A stretch of DNA of 64,000 nt from Myxococcota bacterium (GCA_965228475.1 OZ245817.1:3040001-3104000); one strand, 5' to 3'; positions 30,865 to 40,386 are shown, counted from the first letter of the stretch. Program-made: numbers and translations. Notes: generated by a model not told the origin, from the letters alone.

Positions 30865-31347
30865 AATCTCGTAAGCTGTGGCTCTAGCTGGTTTTTTCAG
30901 CTCTCGATCGACGCGGTCGGCCCTCGCGAAAGTGGGGCTCGATCGTCGGAACGCAAGGCTTCTGGTATCCGCCCCCCACGGCGCTGCCCTGATCGCCAAC
31001 CGTGCCACCCGCGCCCTGCGCAGGAGGCCGGCCCGGGGGACGGCTCGCAGAAGCAAGGACTGTGAAAGTTCTTGCGCAAGCGATGGCCATCGCACCGGGT
31101 GAGGGTAGTTTGGTTCTCGATTCAAGCCTTCCGGATTCCCAACACACCCGCACGGCGGGACGTAACCTGTGTGTAACGGGGCCGCAGGGGCTCGAGGCAA
31201 CGGCGCGGAACGAGGGTGGTGCTCGTCCGGCCGGGGTGCCGTGGCACGGGGCTTGCCTTAGTACGGTCTGAATTCGCGAGGCCGAGCCCCCACCCACCAC
31301 CGGGGCGGACGTCGGGCTCGACCAGCCGGGAGGCATCCAAGAGGATG
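30865..31347 (+). ncRNA. Candidate large structured non-coding RNA or 5' leader of unknown class
   Basis: About 480 nt with no credible ORF directly behind the promoter. Contains many hairpins (one GAAA-capped) and nested long-range helices; see findings. Confidence 0.5.
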
Positions 31348-31845
31348 GCCAGCATGAAACGTGGCGTCGGATACTGCGAGAACACGGACTGCGAGGACTA
31401 CGCCAAGGGCGTGTTCCTGCTGAACCACGGCGACACCTTCTATTGCCCGCGCTGTCGCCAGCTCGGCAAGGTCGAGAAGGAGCGCGGGTTCTACACCGGC
31501 AACTCCGACGTCTTCAAGGAAGTCCGCGTCGAGTACAACTTCGACCCGATCAACGGCATCTACCGCGAGATCGCGATCGTGCGCGACGAGAGCCTCTGGG
31601 GCCGCAACAACGTCTACACGCTGCAGTCGCCGCTCATCAAGACCGAGAAGCGCGCCCTCAAGGTCGCCGAAGCGATCCTCGCCAACCTGAACCGCTACCG
31701 CGGCCTGCTGAACGGCGACGACATCCCGCGCACCACCGAAATCATCTTGTCCTTCGACGAGCCTTTCGACGAGTTCTCGCGGAAGCTCACCCAGCTCTCG
31801 AAGGAATGGGAGGCCAGCGGCCTGCGAGAGCAGCAGCAGCGCTAG
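31345..31845 (+). CDS. Hypothetical Zn-ribbon protein (C-x4-C...C-x2-C), 163-166 aa
   Basis: Strong GC3 codon bias and normal amino-acid composition. SD-like GGGAGG/GAGG precede ATG 31345/31354. Confidence 0.85.
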   Translation: MASMKRGVGYCENTDCEDYAKGVFLLNHGDTFYCPRCRQLGKVEKERGFYTGNSDVFKEVRVEYNFDPINGIYREIAIVRDESLWGRNNVYTLQSPLIKTEKRALKVAEAILANLNRYRGLLNGDDIPRTTEIILSFDEPFDEFSRKLTQLSKEWEASGLREQQQR

Positions 31846-31896
31846 CCCCCACCGAACGCTTTCTCTCCTTGCCTTCGCCTCGCTGGATGGTCCAGC

Positions 31897-31931
31897 GGGG
31901 CGTTGGTGTTTCTGGGGGGCGTTGGTGTTTC
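31897..31931. repeat. 16-bp direct repeat, two copies (GGGGCGTTGGTGTTTC), period 19
   Basis: Copies at 31897-31912 and 31916-31931, right after hairpin CGCTGGA-TGG-TCCAGCG (31881-31897). Confidence 0.85.
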
Positions 31932-31946
31932 GCGGGCCTTTCAGCG

Positions 31947-32501
31947 CTAGCGGCCGCGGCCGGCGCGCGTCGCGAGGTCGATCCGCATGGTCTCGAGGAT
32001 CGCGCGCGCGCCCTGGTGCTCGGTGCGCTCCACCGGGGCCCCCTCGCGCTCCGCATCCGCGAGCGGCGTCCGGCACCAGGGCAGGAGCGTATCCGGGAGC
32101 GCGTCGCGGGCGAACCAGGAAGCCGCCAGCGACTCCCGCGTCGCGCGCGGGCTGCCGGAGACGACCCGCGCACGGTAGACGCGCACCTCGTGGGGCTTGA
32201 AGCCGGTCCGCACGTAGGTGCCGACGAGCGAGGCCACTTCGATCTCGACGCCGATCTCCTCCCGGACCTCGCGGGCGAGGGCCTCGGCATCCGCTTCGCC
32301 GCGCTCGACGTGGCCCCCCGGGAGTTCCCAGCCGTTCAGGTCGTGGCGCAGCGAGAGCAGGACGCCCTCCGGCCCCTCGATCACGGCCTGGACGATCGAG
32401 AGGGGACGCCCGCCGGGCTTCCGCCCGAGCTTGGCGGCGAGGAAGACCTGGGCCCAGACGATGGGCGCCGTCACCGCGGCGAACAGGCCGCGTAGCGTCA
32501 T
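31947..32501 (-). CDS. NUDIX hydrolase
   Basis: WELPGGHVERGEADAEALAREVREEIG Nudix box. Confidence 0.92.
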   Translation of the reverse strand: MTLRGLFAAVTAPIVWAQVFLAAKLGRKPGGRPLSIVQAVIEGPEGVLLSLRHDLNGWELPGGHVERGEADAEALAREVREEIGVEIEVASLVGTYVRTGFKPHEVRVYRARVVSGSPRATRESLAASWFARDALPDTLLPWCRTPLADAEREGAPVERTEHQGARAILETMRIDLATRAGRGR

Positions 32502-32531
32502 GGCAGGCTCAACCGGGGCCGACGACGGCGA

Positions 32532-33413
32532 TCAATCGATGATCTTGTTGAGCGGGAACTCGACGATGCCCTTGGCGCCGGCTTCGGAGAGCTGCGGGAG
32601 CAGCTCGCGCACGAGGCGCTCCTCGATCACCGTCGTCACCGCGACCCAGGTGTCGTCGGCCAGGGGCGCGATGGTCGGCTTCACGAGGGCCGGGAGCAGC
32701 GCGAGCACCTTCTCGAGGTTCGCGCGCGGCGTATCCATCATCAGGCCGACCCGGTCCGCCGCCGCGATGGCACCGCGCACCAGCATGAGGATCCGCTCCA
32801 TCTTCTGCCGCTTCCACGGGTCCGCTGCGGCCTCTTTGTTGGCGATGAACCGGGGCGTCGAGACCAGCACCGTATCGAGCACGGCCAGGTTGTTCGCGCG
32901 AAGGCTCGATCCCGTCTCGGAGACGTCGACGATGGCGTCGGCGAGCTTCGGGGGCTTCACCTCCGTCGCGCCCCAGGAGAACTCGATCTCGGCGTTCACG
33001 CCGTGCTTCTCGAGGTAGCGGCGGGTCATTCCAACGGCCTCGGTGGCAATCCGCTTGCCCTCGAGGTCCTCGACCTTCGTGATGGGCGAGCCTTCCTTCA
33101 CGGCCAGCACCCAGCGCACCGGGCGATAGTTCGACCACGGGGCGCGCAGGTCGGCGAGCTCGTCGACGTCGGCGCCGTTCTCGAGCACCCAGTCGATGCC
33201 GGTGATCCCCGCGTCCATCGTGCCGTTCTCGACGTAGCGCGCCATCTCCTGCGCACGGATCAGGATGCACTCGATGTCGGGGTCGTCGATGTTCGGGTAG
33301 TAGGAACGCCCGGAGACGTCGATCCGGAAGCCGGCCTTCGCGAAGAGCGAGACCGTCGTGTCCTGGAGGCTTCCCTTCGGAATGCCGAGCTTGAGCTTCT
33401 TGGCTTCGCTCAC
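32532..33413 (-). CDS. hisG: ATP phosphoribosyltransferase (long form)
   Basis: [51 protein letters not shown], plus C-terminal regulatory domain. Confidence 0.95.
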   Translation of the reverse strand: MSEAKKLKLGIPKGSLQDTTVSLFAKAGFRIDVSGRSYYPNIDDPDIECILIRAQEMARYVENGTMDAGITGIDWVLENGADVDELADLRAPWSNYRPVRWVLAVKEGSPITKVEDLEGKRIATEAVGMTRRYLEKHGVNAEIEFSWGATEVKPPKLADAIVDVSETGSSLRANNLAVLDTVLVSTPRFIANKEAAADPWKRQKMERILMLVRGAIAAADRVGLMMDTPRANLEKVLALLPALVKPTIAPLADDTWVAVTTVIEERLVRELLPQLSEAGAKGIVEFPLNKIID

Positions 33414-33796
33414 TTTCCGTAGACCTCCTTCGGGTCGAACACCTGCTCGCCGTCGTCGACCCAGCCGCCGTCGCTCTCGTAACGGTAGAAGCACGAGCGC
33501 TTGCCGGTGTGGCACGCGGCCCGGCCCTTCTGCTCCACCTTCAGCAGCACCGCGTCGCCGTCGCAGTCGACCCGGAGCTCCTTCAGGATCTGCACGTTCC
33601 CGCTGCTCTCGCCCTTGTGCCAGAGCTCGTTGCGGGACGTGCTCCAGTAGACGACCTCGCCGCGGGCGAGGGTCTCGTGCACGGCCTTCTCGTTCATGTA
33701 GGCCACCATCAGGATTTCACCGGTGGCGTGATCCTGGGCGATTGCCGTCACGAGGCCACCGCGTTTTTCGAAGTCGAGAGCGGACAGGGCAGTCAT
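33410..33796 (-). CDS. hisI: Phosphoribosyl-AMP cyclohydrolase
   Basis: [30 protein letters not shown]. Confidence 0.96.
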   Translation of the reverse strand: MTALSALDFEKRGGLVTAIAQDHATGEILMVAYMNEKAVHETLARGEVVYWSTSRNELWHKGESSGNVQILKELRVDCDGDAVLLKVEQKGRAACHTGKRSCFYRYESDGGWVDDGEQVFDPKEVYGK

Positions 33797-33859
33797 GGGG
33801 GCGGGAAGCTACCGCGGGCCGGGCGCGGCAGCCAGCGACGCGTTGGCGCGGCTCGGGAC

Positions 33860-36481
33860 CTAGCGGCGCCGCAGGGCCGAAGCGAGACGCTGGCGGAGCC
33901 CCTCGAGCTCCTCGAAGCGCGGTCCCCGCGCGAAGTACGGCTCGCGCCGCCGCTCGCGGCCCTCGGCGGGCGGCCGCTCGAGGACCCCCCGGTCGAGGAG
34001 CAGGGTGAACGCGTTCCCGAACGTCACGGGGTTCGACGCCTCGCGCCGGTCGAGCTCGCCGAGGAGCTGGCCGCGCTCGAACTGCGCCTCGGCCGCCTTC
34101 ACGAGCGCCTTGCGCCCGATCGGCTCCTCGATCGTCGCCGCCGCACCGAACCCCGCCGTGTAGGCCTCGAGCATGCCCCGGGTCTGCTCCGCCAGGAACT
34201 CGAAGTAGTCCCGCGACTTGTCGACGGGGACGTAGCGGTCGCCCTCCCGCGTGAGCCGCCCGGTGCGCTCGAAGTGGTCGAGGAAGGCCTCGAGGTGGGC
34301 CGCCATGACCTCCCCGCGCGGGACGAAGTACTCGGCGTAGAACAGGTCGAGCCAGGAGGCGAGGTCTTCCCGGAGCTCGGCCAGGGTCGCCCCCGGAAGC
34401 AGCCGCCGCGCCAGGAAGCTCGGCGCGGCGAGGTAGTGCACGATCGCGTTGCGGTAGAGCTCGAGGGCGCGGCGGTGCGATTCCTCGAAGTAGAGGACGT
34501 CGCCCCGCGGGTCGTCCGCATGCTTCACGAGATCCGCCTTCAGCAGGAACTCGATCGCCTCTTCGAGGTCGTCCGGTCCGGTGAGTGCGTCGGTCAGCTT
34601 CACGTCCTGGAGCTGGAGGAGCTCGACGACCTGCTGCATGCGGGTCACGAGCTCGGCGCGCAGATGCCCGCGACGCCCGGCGCCGAGCAGGGCGCAGGCG
34701 GACACGGAGGTCGCGTTGGCGGCCGTCGCCCAGTTGATCCGTTCCACCACGCGGAAGCCGACGGTCTCGACCACGTCGCGCAGGCCCTCCGCCGCTTGCG
34801 GCGAATGGTCGAAGTCCACCAGGCTCTCGCGCCGGTCGCCCATGGTCTCGGCCAGCGAGAGCGGCTCCCCGAAGTTCACCCAGACCGTTCCGAAGCGGCG
34901 CTTCAGGAACTTCCGCGCCCGGACCAGGCCGAGGACGCTCTCTTCCTTCTTCTCCCCGCCCTCCTGCTCCTCGATCATCGAGCCCTCTTCGACGAGGCGT
35001 TCGTAGGTGATCGAGATCGGCACGAAGAACAGGTCGCGGCGCTTCGTGCGCAGGAAGGCTTCGGCGTTCCAGGCGATCATGCCGAAACGCGGTGCCAGCA
35101 TCTTCCCGGTGCGGGAGCGGCCGCCCTCGATGAAGAACTCCTGGGTGAACCCCTCCGAGACCAGATAGCCGAGATAGGCGCGGAAGATCTCCTTGTAGAG
35201 CGGGTCGTCGAAGCTCTTACGCAGGAAGAAGGCACCGGCCCGGCGGAAGATGAAGCCGAAGGGGCCGAAGGCCATGTTCTCCCGCGCGCCGATGTGGGGC
35301 GGGACGAGACGCCGGTGGTAGAAGAGCCAGGAGAGGATCAGGAAGTCGAAGTAGGAGCGGTGGCTCGGCATGAGCACGATCGGGTGGTTGCGCGCGTACT
35401 CCGTGACCTTCTCGAGGCCCGTCACCTGGATGCCGGCGAACATGCGATTGAAGATCGTCGTGACGACGACGTTCAGGATGGAGAGCGCGCCCGAACTCAT
35501 GCGCGCGGCGATCTCGCCGAGCATCTTCTCAGCCTGGGCCATGGCCCGGTCCGTCGAGATTCCCTTCTCCTGGGCGCGGGCGGCGATGGCCCGCTGCACC
35601 TCCGGCCGCGTGAGCACCTCCTCCTGGACGCGCTGGAGCGAGCGGACCGGCGGCCCGACCACCACCTTCTCCTCGCGATACAGGAAGATCATGATCGAGC
35701 GGCGCACCTTGCGCGCGAGGGTGGCGACGCCCTCGGAGCGGCGCTTCTCGACGAAACGGTGGAGCTCGATCGGCTCGCCCGTCTTCACGTAGAGGCCGCG
35801 GTAGTTGGTCAGGAACGAGGTCACCTTGGCGAGGTCCGAGGGCCGGGTGCGGGCCCCGTAGCCGAGGTTCAGGAAGCGGCGCTCGTTGCGGGGCCCCTTC
35901 CGCCAGAAGAGCGCGAGGGGCACGACGTAGACCGGCCGGTCGGCCGTGCCGGTGGCGCGGACGGTCTCTTCGAGAAAGTCGAGCTCCTCCCGCCCCTGCT
36001 CGACGGCCCGCTTGCGGGACCAGAGCTGGCTGCGGACCCGCTTCGTGCGCAGGAACAGGAAGAGGGAGCGGCCCGACTCCACCAGGGACGAGACGGTGCG
36101 GAGCTGCTCCGCGTGGAGGCCGCTCGCGAGCAGGTGACGGCGCTCGCGCCAGCTGCGGACCGCGGTGCGCAGCGCGCGCCAGACCGGCCCGTAGTAGAAG
36201 AAGTGGATCCCGTTCGCGAACTCCGACGTCCGCAGCCCGAAGCGCAGGAAGAGCGTGTTGAAGAGCATGTAGTCGAGCCGGCTCGCGTAGCGCATGACGT
36301 ACACGACGGAGCCGCGGCTCTCGAGCTCACGCAGGCGCTCGACGGACTCCGGATCGATCTCGATGTGCTGGAAGAAGCGCCGCGCGAACCAGCGGAAGAA
36401 CCAGTTGTAGCGGTCGGTCATCGCCGAGAGCGGGTCGGCGCGCTCCGAGGTGGGCTCGGTCTGGGCTCGTTGGCTGAGCAT
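33860..36481 (-). CDS. plsB: Glycerol-3-phosphate acyltransferase PlsB-like
   Basis: HxxxxD motif PSHRSYFDF, GAFFLRKSF, EFFIEGGRSRTGK. Confidence 0.88.
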   Translation of the reverse strand: MLSQRAQTEPTSERADPLSAMTDRYNWFFRWFARRFFQHIEIDPESVERLRELESRGSVVYVMRYASRLDYMLFNTLFLRFGLRTSEFANGIHFFYYGPVWRALRTAVRSWRERRHLLASGLHAEQLRTVSSLVESGRSLFLFLRTKRVRSQLWSRKRAVEQGREELDFLEETVRATGTADRPVYVVPLALFWRKGPRNERRFLNLGYGARTRPSDLAKVTSFLTNYRGLYVKTGEPIELHRFVEKRRSEGVATLARKVRRSIMIFLYREEKVVVGPPVRSLQRVQEEVLTRPEVQRAIAARAQEKGISTDRAMAQAEKMLGEIAARMSSGALSILNVVVTTIFNRMFAGIQVTGLEKVTEYARNHPIVLMPSHRSYFDFLILSWLFYHRRLVPPHIGARENMAFGPFGFIFRRAGAFFLRKSFDDPLYKEIFRAYLGYLVSEGFTQEFFIEGGRSRTGKMLAPRFGMIAWNAEAFLRTKRRDLFFVPISITYERLVEEGSMIEEQEGGEKKEESVLGLVRARKFLKRRFGTVWVNFGEPLSLAETMGDRRESLVDFDHSPQAAEGLRDVVETVGFRVVERINWATAANATSVSACALLGAGRRGHLRAELVTRMQQVVELLQLQDVKLTDALTGPDDLEEAIEFLLKADLVKHADDPRGDVLYFEESHRRALELYRNAIVHYLAAPSFLARRLLPGATLAELREDLASWLDLFYAEYFVPRGEVMAAHLEAFLDHFERTGRLTREGDRYVPVDKSRDYFEFLAEQTRGMLEAYTAGFGAAATIEEPIGRKALVKAAEAQFERGQLLGELDRREASNPVTFGNAFTLLLDRGVLERPPAEGRERRREPYFARGPRFEELEGLRQRLASALRRR

Positions 36482-36643
36482 CGGCGAGAAGGTACACCGC
36501 GGCCGCGTTCGCCGCTCCCACCGCGCGTTCAGGGGCGTGCGACGGACGAGCGCCCGTCGTCGGATGGGGCGTGCCGCGCGGCTCCCGCCGAAGGCCGACG
36601 GGAGCCGCGCGCAACCCCTTGGTTACGCCGGAATCTCGCCCGG

Positions 36644-37495
36644 CTAGGCGAGGATCTCGTCGATGCGGGCCGCGATCTCTTCGGGGTCCCAGCGGCCGCC
36701 GTCTTCGGTCTTGGTGACACCCTGGGTCCGCACCATGCGCATCTCGGAGATCGTGCCGCCCCCGACGAAGAAGATGCGCTTGGTGATCTCCTTCGAGAGG
36801 TCGCTGCCGAGGTAGCAGATGAGCGGCGAGATGAGCGCCGGGTCCATGCGCTCCTTGATGTCGTCCTTCTGGAACATCGCGAGGTCTTCGGTCATGCGCG
36901 TGAGCGCGACCGGCGCGATGCCGTTCACGCGGATCCCCGCGCGCTGGCCCTCGATGGCGAGGCAGCGGGTCAGCCCGGCGATGCCCGCCTTCGCCGCGCC
37001 GTAGTTCGTCTGGCCGAAGTTTCCTTCGAGGCCCGAGGTCGAGGACGTGTTGATGATCGAGCCGCCCTCGCCGCGCTCCTTCATGTGGTTGAAGACCGGC
37101 TGGGTCACGCAGTACGCGCCGCGCAGGTGCACGGCGACGACGCTGTCCCACAGGTCTTCGGTCATCTTCGCGAAGGTCTTGTCGCGCAGGATGCCGGCGT
37201 TGTTCACGAGGATGTCGACCTGGCCGAAGGCGTCGAGGGCGGACTTCAGGATGCCCTGGCCGCCGTCCACGGTCGCCACGTTGTCGTAGTTCGGCGCGGC
37301 TTCGCCGCCCGCCTCCTGGATCTCCTTCACGACCTGATCGGCCATGGCGGAGCCGCCGCCGCTGCCGTCCCGCGTGCCGCCGAGGTCGTTCACCACGACC
37401 TTCGCGCCTTCCTTCGACAGCGCGAGCGCGTGCTCGCGTCCGATGCCGCCACCCGAGCCGGTGACGATCGCGACCTTTCCATCCAGCAAACCCAT
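36644..37495 (-). CDS. Short-chain dehydrogenase/reductase (MFE-2/3-hydroxyacyl-CoA DH-like)
   Basis: TGSGGGIG, VVVNDLG, NNAGILRD, NFGQTNYGAAKAG. Confidence 0.92.
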   Translation of the reverse strand: MGLLDGKVAIVTGSGGGIGREHALALSKEGAKVVVNDLGGTRDGSGGGSAMADQVVKEIQEAGGEAAPNYDNVATVDGGQGILKSALDAFGQVDILVNNAGILRDKTFAKMTEDLWDSVVAVHLRGAYCVTQPVFNHMKERGEGGSIINTSSTSGLEGNFGQTNYGAAKAGIAGLTRCLAIEGQRAGIRVNGIAPVALTRMTEDLAMFQKDDIKERMDPALISPLICYLGSDLSKEITKRIFFVGGGTISEMRMVRTQGVTKTEDGGRWDPEEIAARIDEILA

Positions 37496-37598
37496 GGGGA
37501 TTCTCCTCGCTTGATTGGGGGAGGCCTAGCCTAGCCGAAGCCGGGCGGCCGCGTGGCGCGGCTTCCGGCCGGTGGGGTTCCCACCGGGGCCGACGGTC

Positions 37599-38459
37599 TC
37601 ACTGGAAGAGGATGGTTCGCAGGTCCGCGAAGGGTTCGAAGCCGAGGCTCGCGTAGAGGCGCTCGGCCGGGGCGTTGCCCTCGACCACCGCGAGCTGCAC
37701 GTGGTCGGCGCGGGCGTCGGCCGCGCGGCGGCACAGGCCCGCGATCCCGCTCCGTGCGAATCCGCGGCGGCGCCGGTCCGGCCAGGTGTAGACGCCCTGG
37801 AGGAGCCAGCCCTCCTCCCGCTGCACGTCGGCGTAGGCCACGAAGACGAGCCGGCCGCCCTCTTCGATCACGTGCGCCCGGGACATGCGGCCCTTCACCC
37901 AGCTCCGGAACCCCTCGGGATCTCCGTGGAAGGGGTCGGGCCGGCCCTCTTCCCGCAGGCTCGCGCGCGCGGCGATGACCAGCTCGTCGAGGTCTTCGGT
38001 GACCGCCAGCCGGAGCTCCGGACTCCCCGGCGAACCCTCGACGGGATTCGCGCCGAGCGCCACGCGGTGGGCGATCTCGCGGCGGTCGACCACCGCCCGG
38101 CGGCCGCGGGTGAGCAGCGCCTGCCAGAGCAGATCCACCCCGCCGGACGGGCTGCGGATCAGGCCCGCCGCCACGTTGTCGAGCTGCGGAACGAGGGCCT
38201 CGATGGCCGCGGGCGTCGCCGCCGCGTCGAGCAGCACGCTCGGCCGCACCGAGAGGATCCCGCAGATGGCATCGCCCTCGTAGGCGGCCGCGAGGGAGCC
38301 CGCGGGCGGGCGGCTCGAGCGCAGCCCGCCGAGGCCCGATCCCAGGCCGCCCAGACGGGAGGCCGCATCGAGCAGCATCAGGTTCGTGGCCGCGTCTTTC
38401 GCGAGATACGAGAGCGCCGCGCTGCGATCGCGCCAACGCAGCCTTCGGACGACGGCCAT
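37599..38459 (-). CDS. GNAT acetyltransferase (DUF4081/FR47-like)
   Basis: C-terminal QGVYTWPDRRRRGFA...N.PAERLYASLGF. Confidence 0.85.
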   Translation of the reverse strand: MAVVRRLRWRDRSAALSYLAKDAATNLMLLDAASRLGGLGSGLGGLRSSRPPAGSLAAAYEGDAICGILSVRPSVLLDAAATPAAIEALVPQLDNVAAGLIRSPSGGVDLLWQALLTRGRRAVVDRREIAHRVALGANPVEGSPGSPELRLAVTEDLDELVIAARASLREEGRPDPFHGDPEGFRSWVKGRMSRAHVIEEGGRLVFVAYADVQREEGWLLQGVYTWPDRRRRGFARSGIAGLCRRAADARADHVQLAVVEGNAPAERLYASLGFEPFADLRTILFQ

Positions 38460-38471
38460 GCGCTGCCCGGG

Positions 38472-38687
38472 TCAGTCCAGGACGAGGAGGACGGCACCTT
38501 CTTCGATGCTGTCGCCCTCGTTGACCCGGATTTCGGTGACGTTGCCCGCCGCCGGGGCCTCGACCGGGATCTCCATCTTCATGGACTCGAGGATCACGAG
38601 CTCCTCGCCCTCGGCGACGCCCTGCCCCACCGAGACCTGGATCTTCCAGACGTTCCCCGTGATCTGCGCTTCCACTTCGGTCGCCAT
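38472..38687 (-). CDS. Stand-alone biotin/lipoyl carrier protein
   Basis: ILESMKMEIPVEAP biotinylation motif; 71 aa. Confidence 0.9.
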   Translation of the reverse strand: MATEVEAQITGNVWKIQVSVGQGVAEGEELVILESMKMEIPVEAPAAGNVTEIRVNEGDSIEEGAVLLVLD

Positions 38688-38862
38688 GCGAGTCTCCGGC
38701 TGCGAGCGGCGCGAGCCGCTGCGGCCCGGTCGCTTCGGGGGACGAGGAATACACGGGCGGAGCCGCCCGTTCAAGCGTCGCGAAGCGAATGCCCTGCCCC
38801 GAGGGCTTCCCCACCGCGTGATGAGCTATCGTGCCGTCCTTCCATCGACCGGCGGAGGATCC

Positions 38863-40386
38863 ATGCTCGAGACCCTGTCCCGGGGCTTCGAGAGCGCTCG
38901 CGAACGGCTCAAGGGCGTCCAGAAGCTCAGCGAAGACAACGTCGACGAGGCCCTGCGCGACGTCCGCAGCTCGCTGCTCGAGGCGGACGTCGACCTCGGC
39001 GTGGTGAAGGACTTCCTCGCCCGCGTGAAGGAGCGCGCCCTCGGCGAGAAGGTCGCGACGCGCGTGCGCGACGCCCAGGGCCGGACCCACCGCATCACCG
39101 CCGGCCAGCACTTCGTGAAGGTCTGCCAGGAAGAGCTCGAGGGCCTGATGGGCCCGGTCGACAGCTCGCTGGCCCGCGGCAAGAACGGCGTCACCTCCGT
39201 GATGCTGATCGGCCTCCAGGGCGTCGGCAAGACGACCGTCGCCGCGAAGCTCGCCCACTACATGAAGACGCGGCAGCAGAAGCGGCCGCTGCTCGTCGCC
39301 GCGGACGTCCACCGCCCCGCCGCCGTGCTCCAGCTCAAGCGCCTCGGCGAGCGCATCGGCGTCCCGGTCCACGCCGGCGTCGAGGGCGCGACCCCGGCCG
39401 GCATCTGCCAGGCCGCGGTACAGCGCGCCCGCACCGAGCGCTGCGACGCGATCATCTTCGACACCGCCGGCCGTCTCGCCATCGACGAAGAGCTGATGGA
39501 AGAGCTCGACGAGATCGAGCGCACCACCCAGCCGGCCAACCGCATCCTCGTGTGCGACGCGCTCATGGGCCGCGACGCCGTGAACGTCGCCAAGGCCTTC
39601 CGCGAGCGCCTCGACCTCGACGGCGTGATCCTGACCAAGCTCGACGGCGACGCCCGCGGCGGTGCGGCCCTCGCCGTGAAGGCCGTGACGGGCGTGCCGA
39701 TCAAGTTCCTCGGGACCGGCGAGGACGTCGAGCGCCTCGAGGCCTTCCGCCCGGAAGGGCTCGCCTCCCGCATCCTCGGCATGGGCGACATCGTCGGCCT
39801 CGTCGAGGACTTCGAGCACGTCGTCGACGAGAAGACCGCCGAAGAGGACGCCGAACGCCTGCTGGCCGGCAAATTCGGCATGGACGACCTGCTGACCCAG
39901 CTGCGCACGATCCAGAAGATGGGTCCGCTGAAGGAAGTCTTCTCGAAGATGCCGATGTTCGGCGGCATGGCCGACCAGGCCGACGACCGCGAACTCGTGC
40001 GCGTCGAGGCGATGATCCAGTCCATGACCAAGGCCGAGCGCAAGCAGCCCGACATCATCGACAAGAGCCGCGCCGGCCGCATCGCCCGGGGGAGCGGCAT
40101 GCAGACCAGCCAGGTCCGCGACCTCGTGAAGCGCTTCGGCCAGATGCGCGACATGATGTCGGCCCTCGGCAGCGGCAAGGGCGGCGGCATGCTCTCGCGC
40201 ATCCCGGGCATGGGGGATCTCGCGGGCGCCGGCGCCGGCGGCATGGACCCGGCGGCGCTGCTCGGCGGTCTTCCCGGCCAGGGGAGCCCCGGCCCGAGCC
40301 GCGCCCAGCAAGCCAAGAGCCGCGCCCGGAACAAGAAGAAGCGCAAGCAGGCCCGGAAGTCCCGCAAGCGGGGGCGCAAGAAGTAG
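38863..40386 (+). CDS. ffh: Signal recognition particle protein
   Basis: LLEADV, GLQGVGKTT, DTAGR, TKLDGDARGGAAL, M-domain, basic C-terminal tail. SD GGAGG. Confidence 0.97.
   Translation: MLETLSRGFESARERLKGVQKLSEDNVDEALRDVRSSLLEADVDLGVVKDFLARVKERALGEKVATRVRDAQGRTHRITAGQHFVKVCQEELEGLMGPVDSSLARGKNGVTSVMLIGLQGVGKTTVAAKLAHYMKTRQQKRPLLVAADVHRPAAVLQLKRLGERIGVPVHAGVEGATPAGICQAAVQRARTERCDAIIFDTAGRLAIDEELMEELDEIERTTQPANRILVCDALMGRDAVNVAKAFRERLDLDGVILTKLDGDARGGAALAVKAVTGVPIKFLGTGEDVERLEAFRPEGLASRILGMGDIVGLVEDFEHVVDEKTAEEDAERLLAGKFGMDDLLTQLRTIQKMGPLKEVFSKMPMFGGMADQADDRELVRVEAMIQSMTKAERKQPDIIDKSRAGRIARGSGMQTSQVRDLVKRFGQMRDMMSALGSGKGGGMLSRIPGMGDLAGAGAGGMDPAALLGGLPGQGSPGPSRAQQAKSRARNKKKRKQARKSRKRGRKK

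Noticed and set aside
30920..30970. c-di-GMP-I (GEMM) riboswitch resemblance: GAAA hairpin then GGAACGCAAGGCTTCTGG
   Set aside because: The GGCAAA internal-loop element and matching 3' strand were not found. Needs cmscan to settle.
30865..31347. RNase P, tmRNA, SRP RNA or 6S RNA as the identity of the long intergenic region
   Set aside because: No GAGGAAAGTCC, no tRNA-like ends or tag ORF, no SRP helix-8 motif, and the region is too long and branched for 6S.
30878..31385. Short ORFs in the leader (30878-31102 +, 31002-31271 +, 30884-31336 -) and the 5' extension to 31216
   Set aside because: No host-like codon bias, no clear SD and no recognisable motifs.
37569..37587. Hairpin CCGGTGGG-GTT-CCCACCGG between the GNAT and SDR genes
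   Set aside because: Single GC stem without a U-tract and no second copy seen, so not enough to call a terminator or REP.
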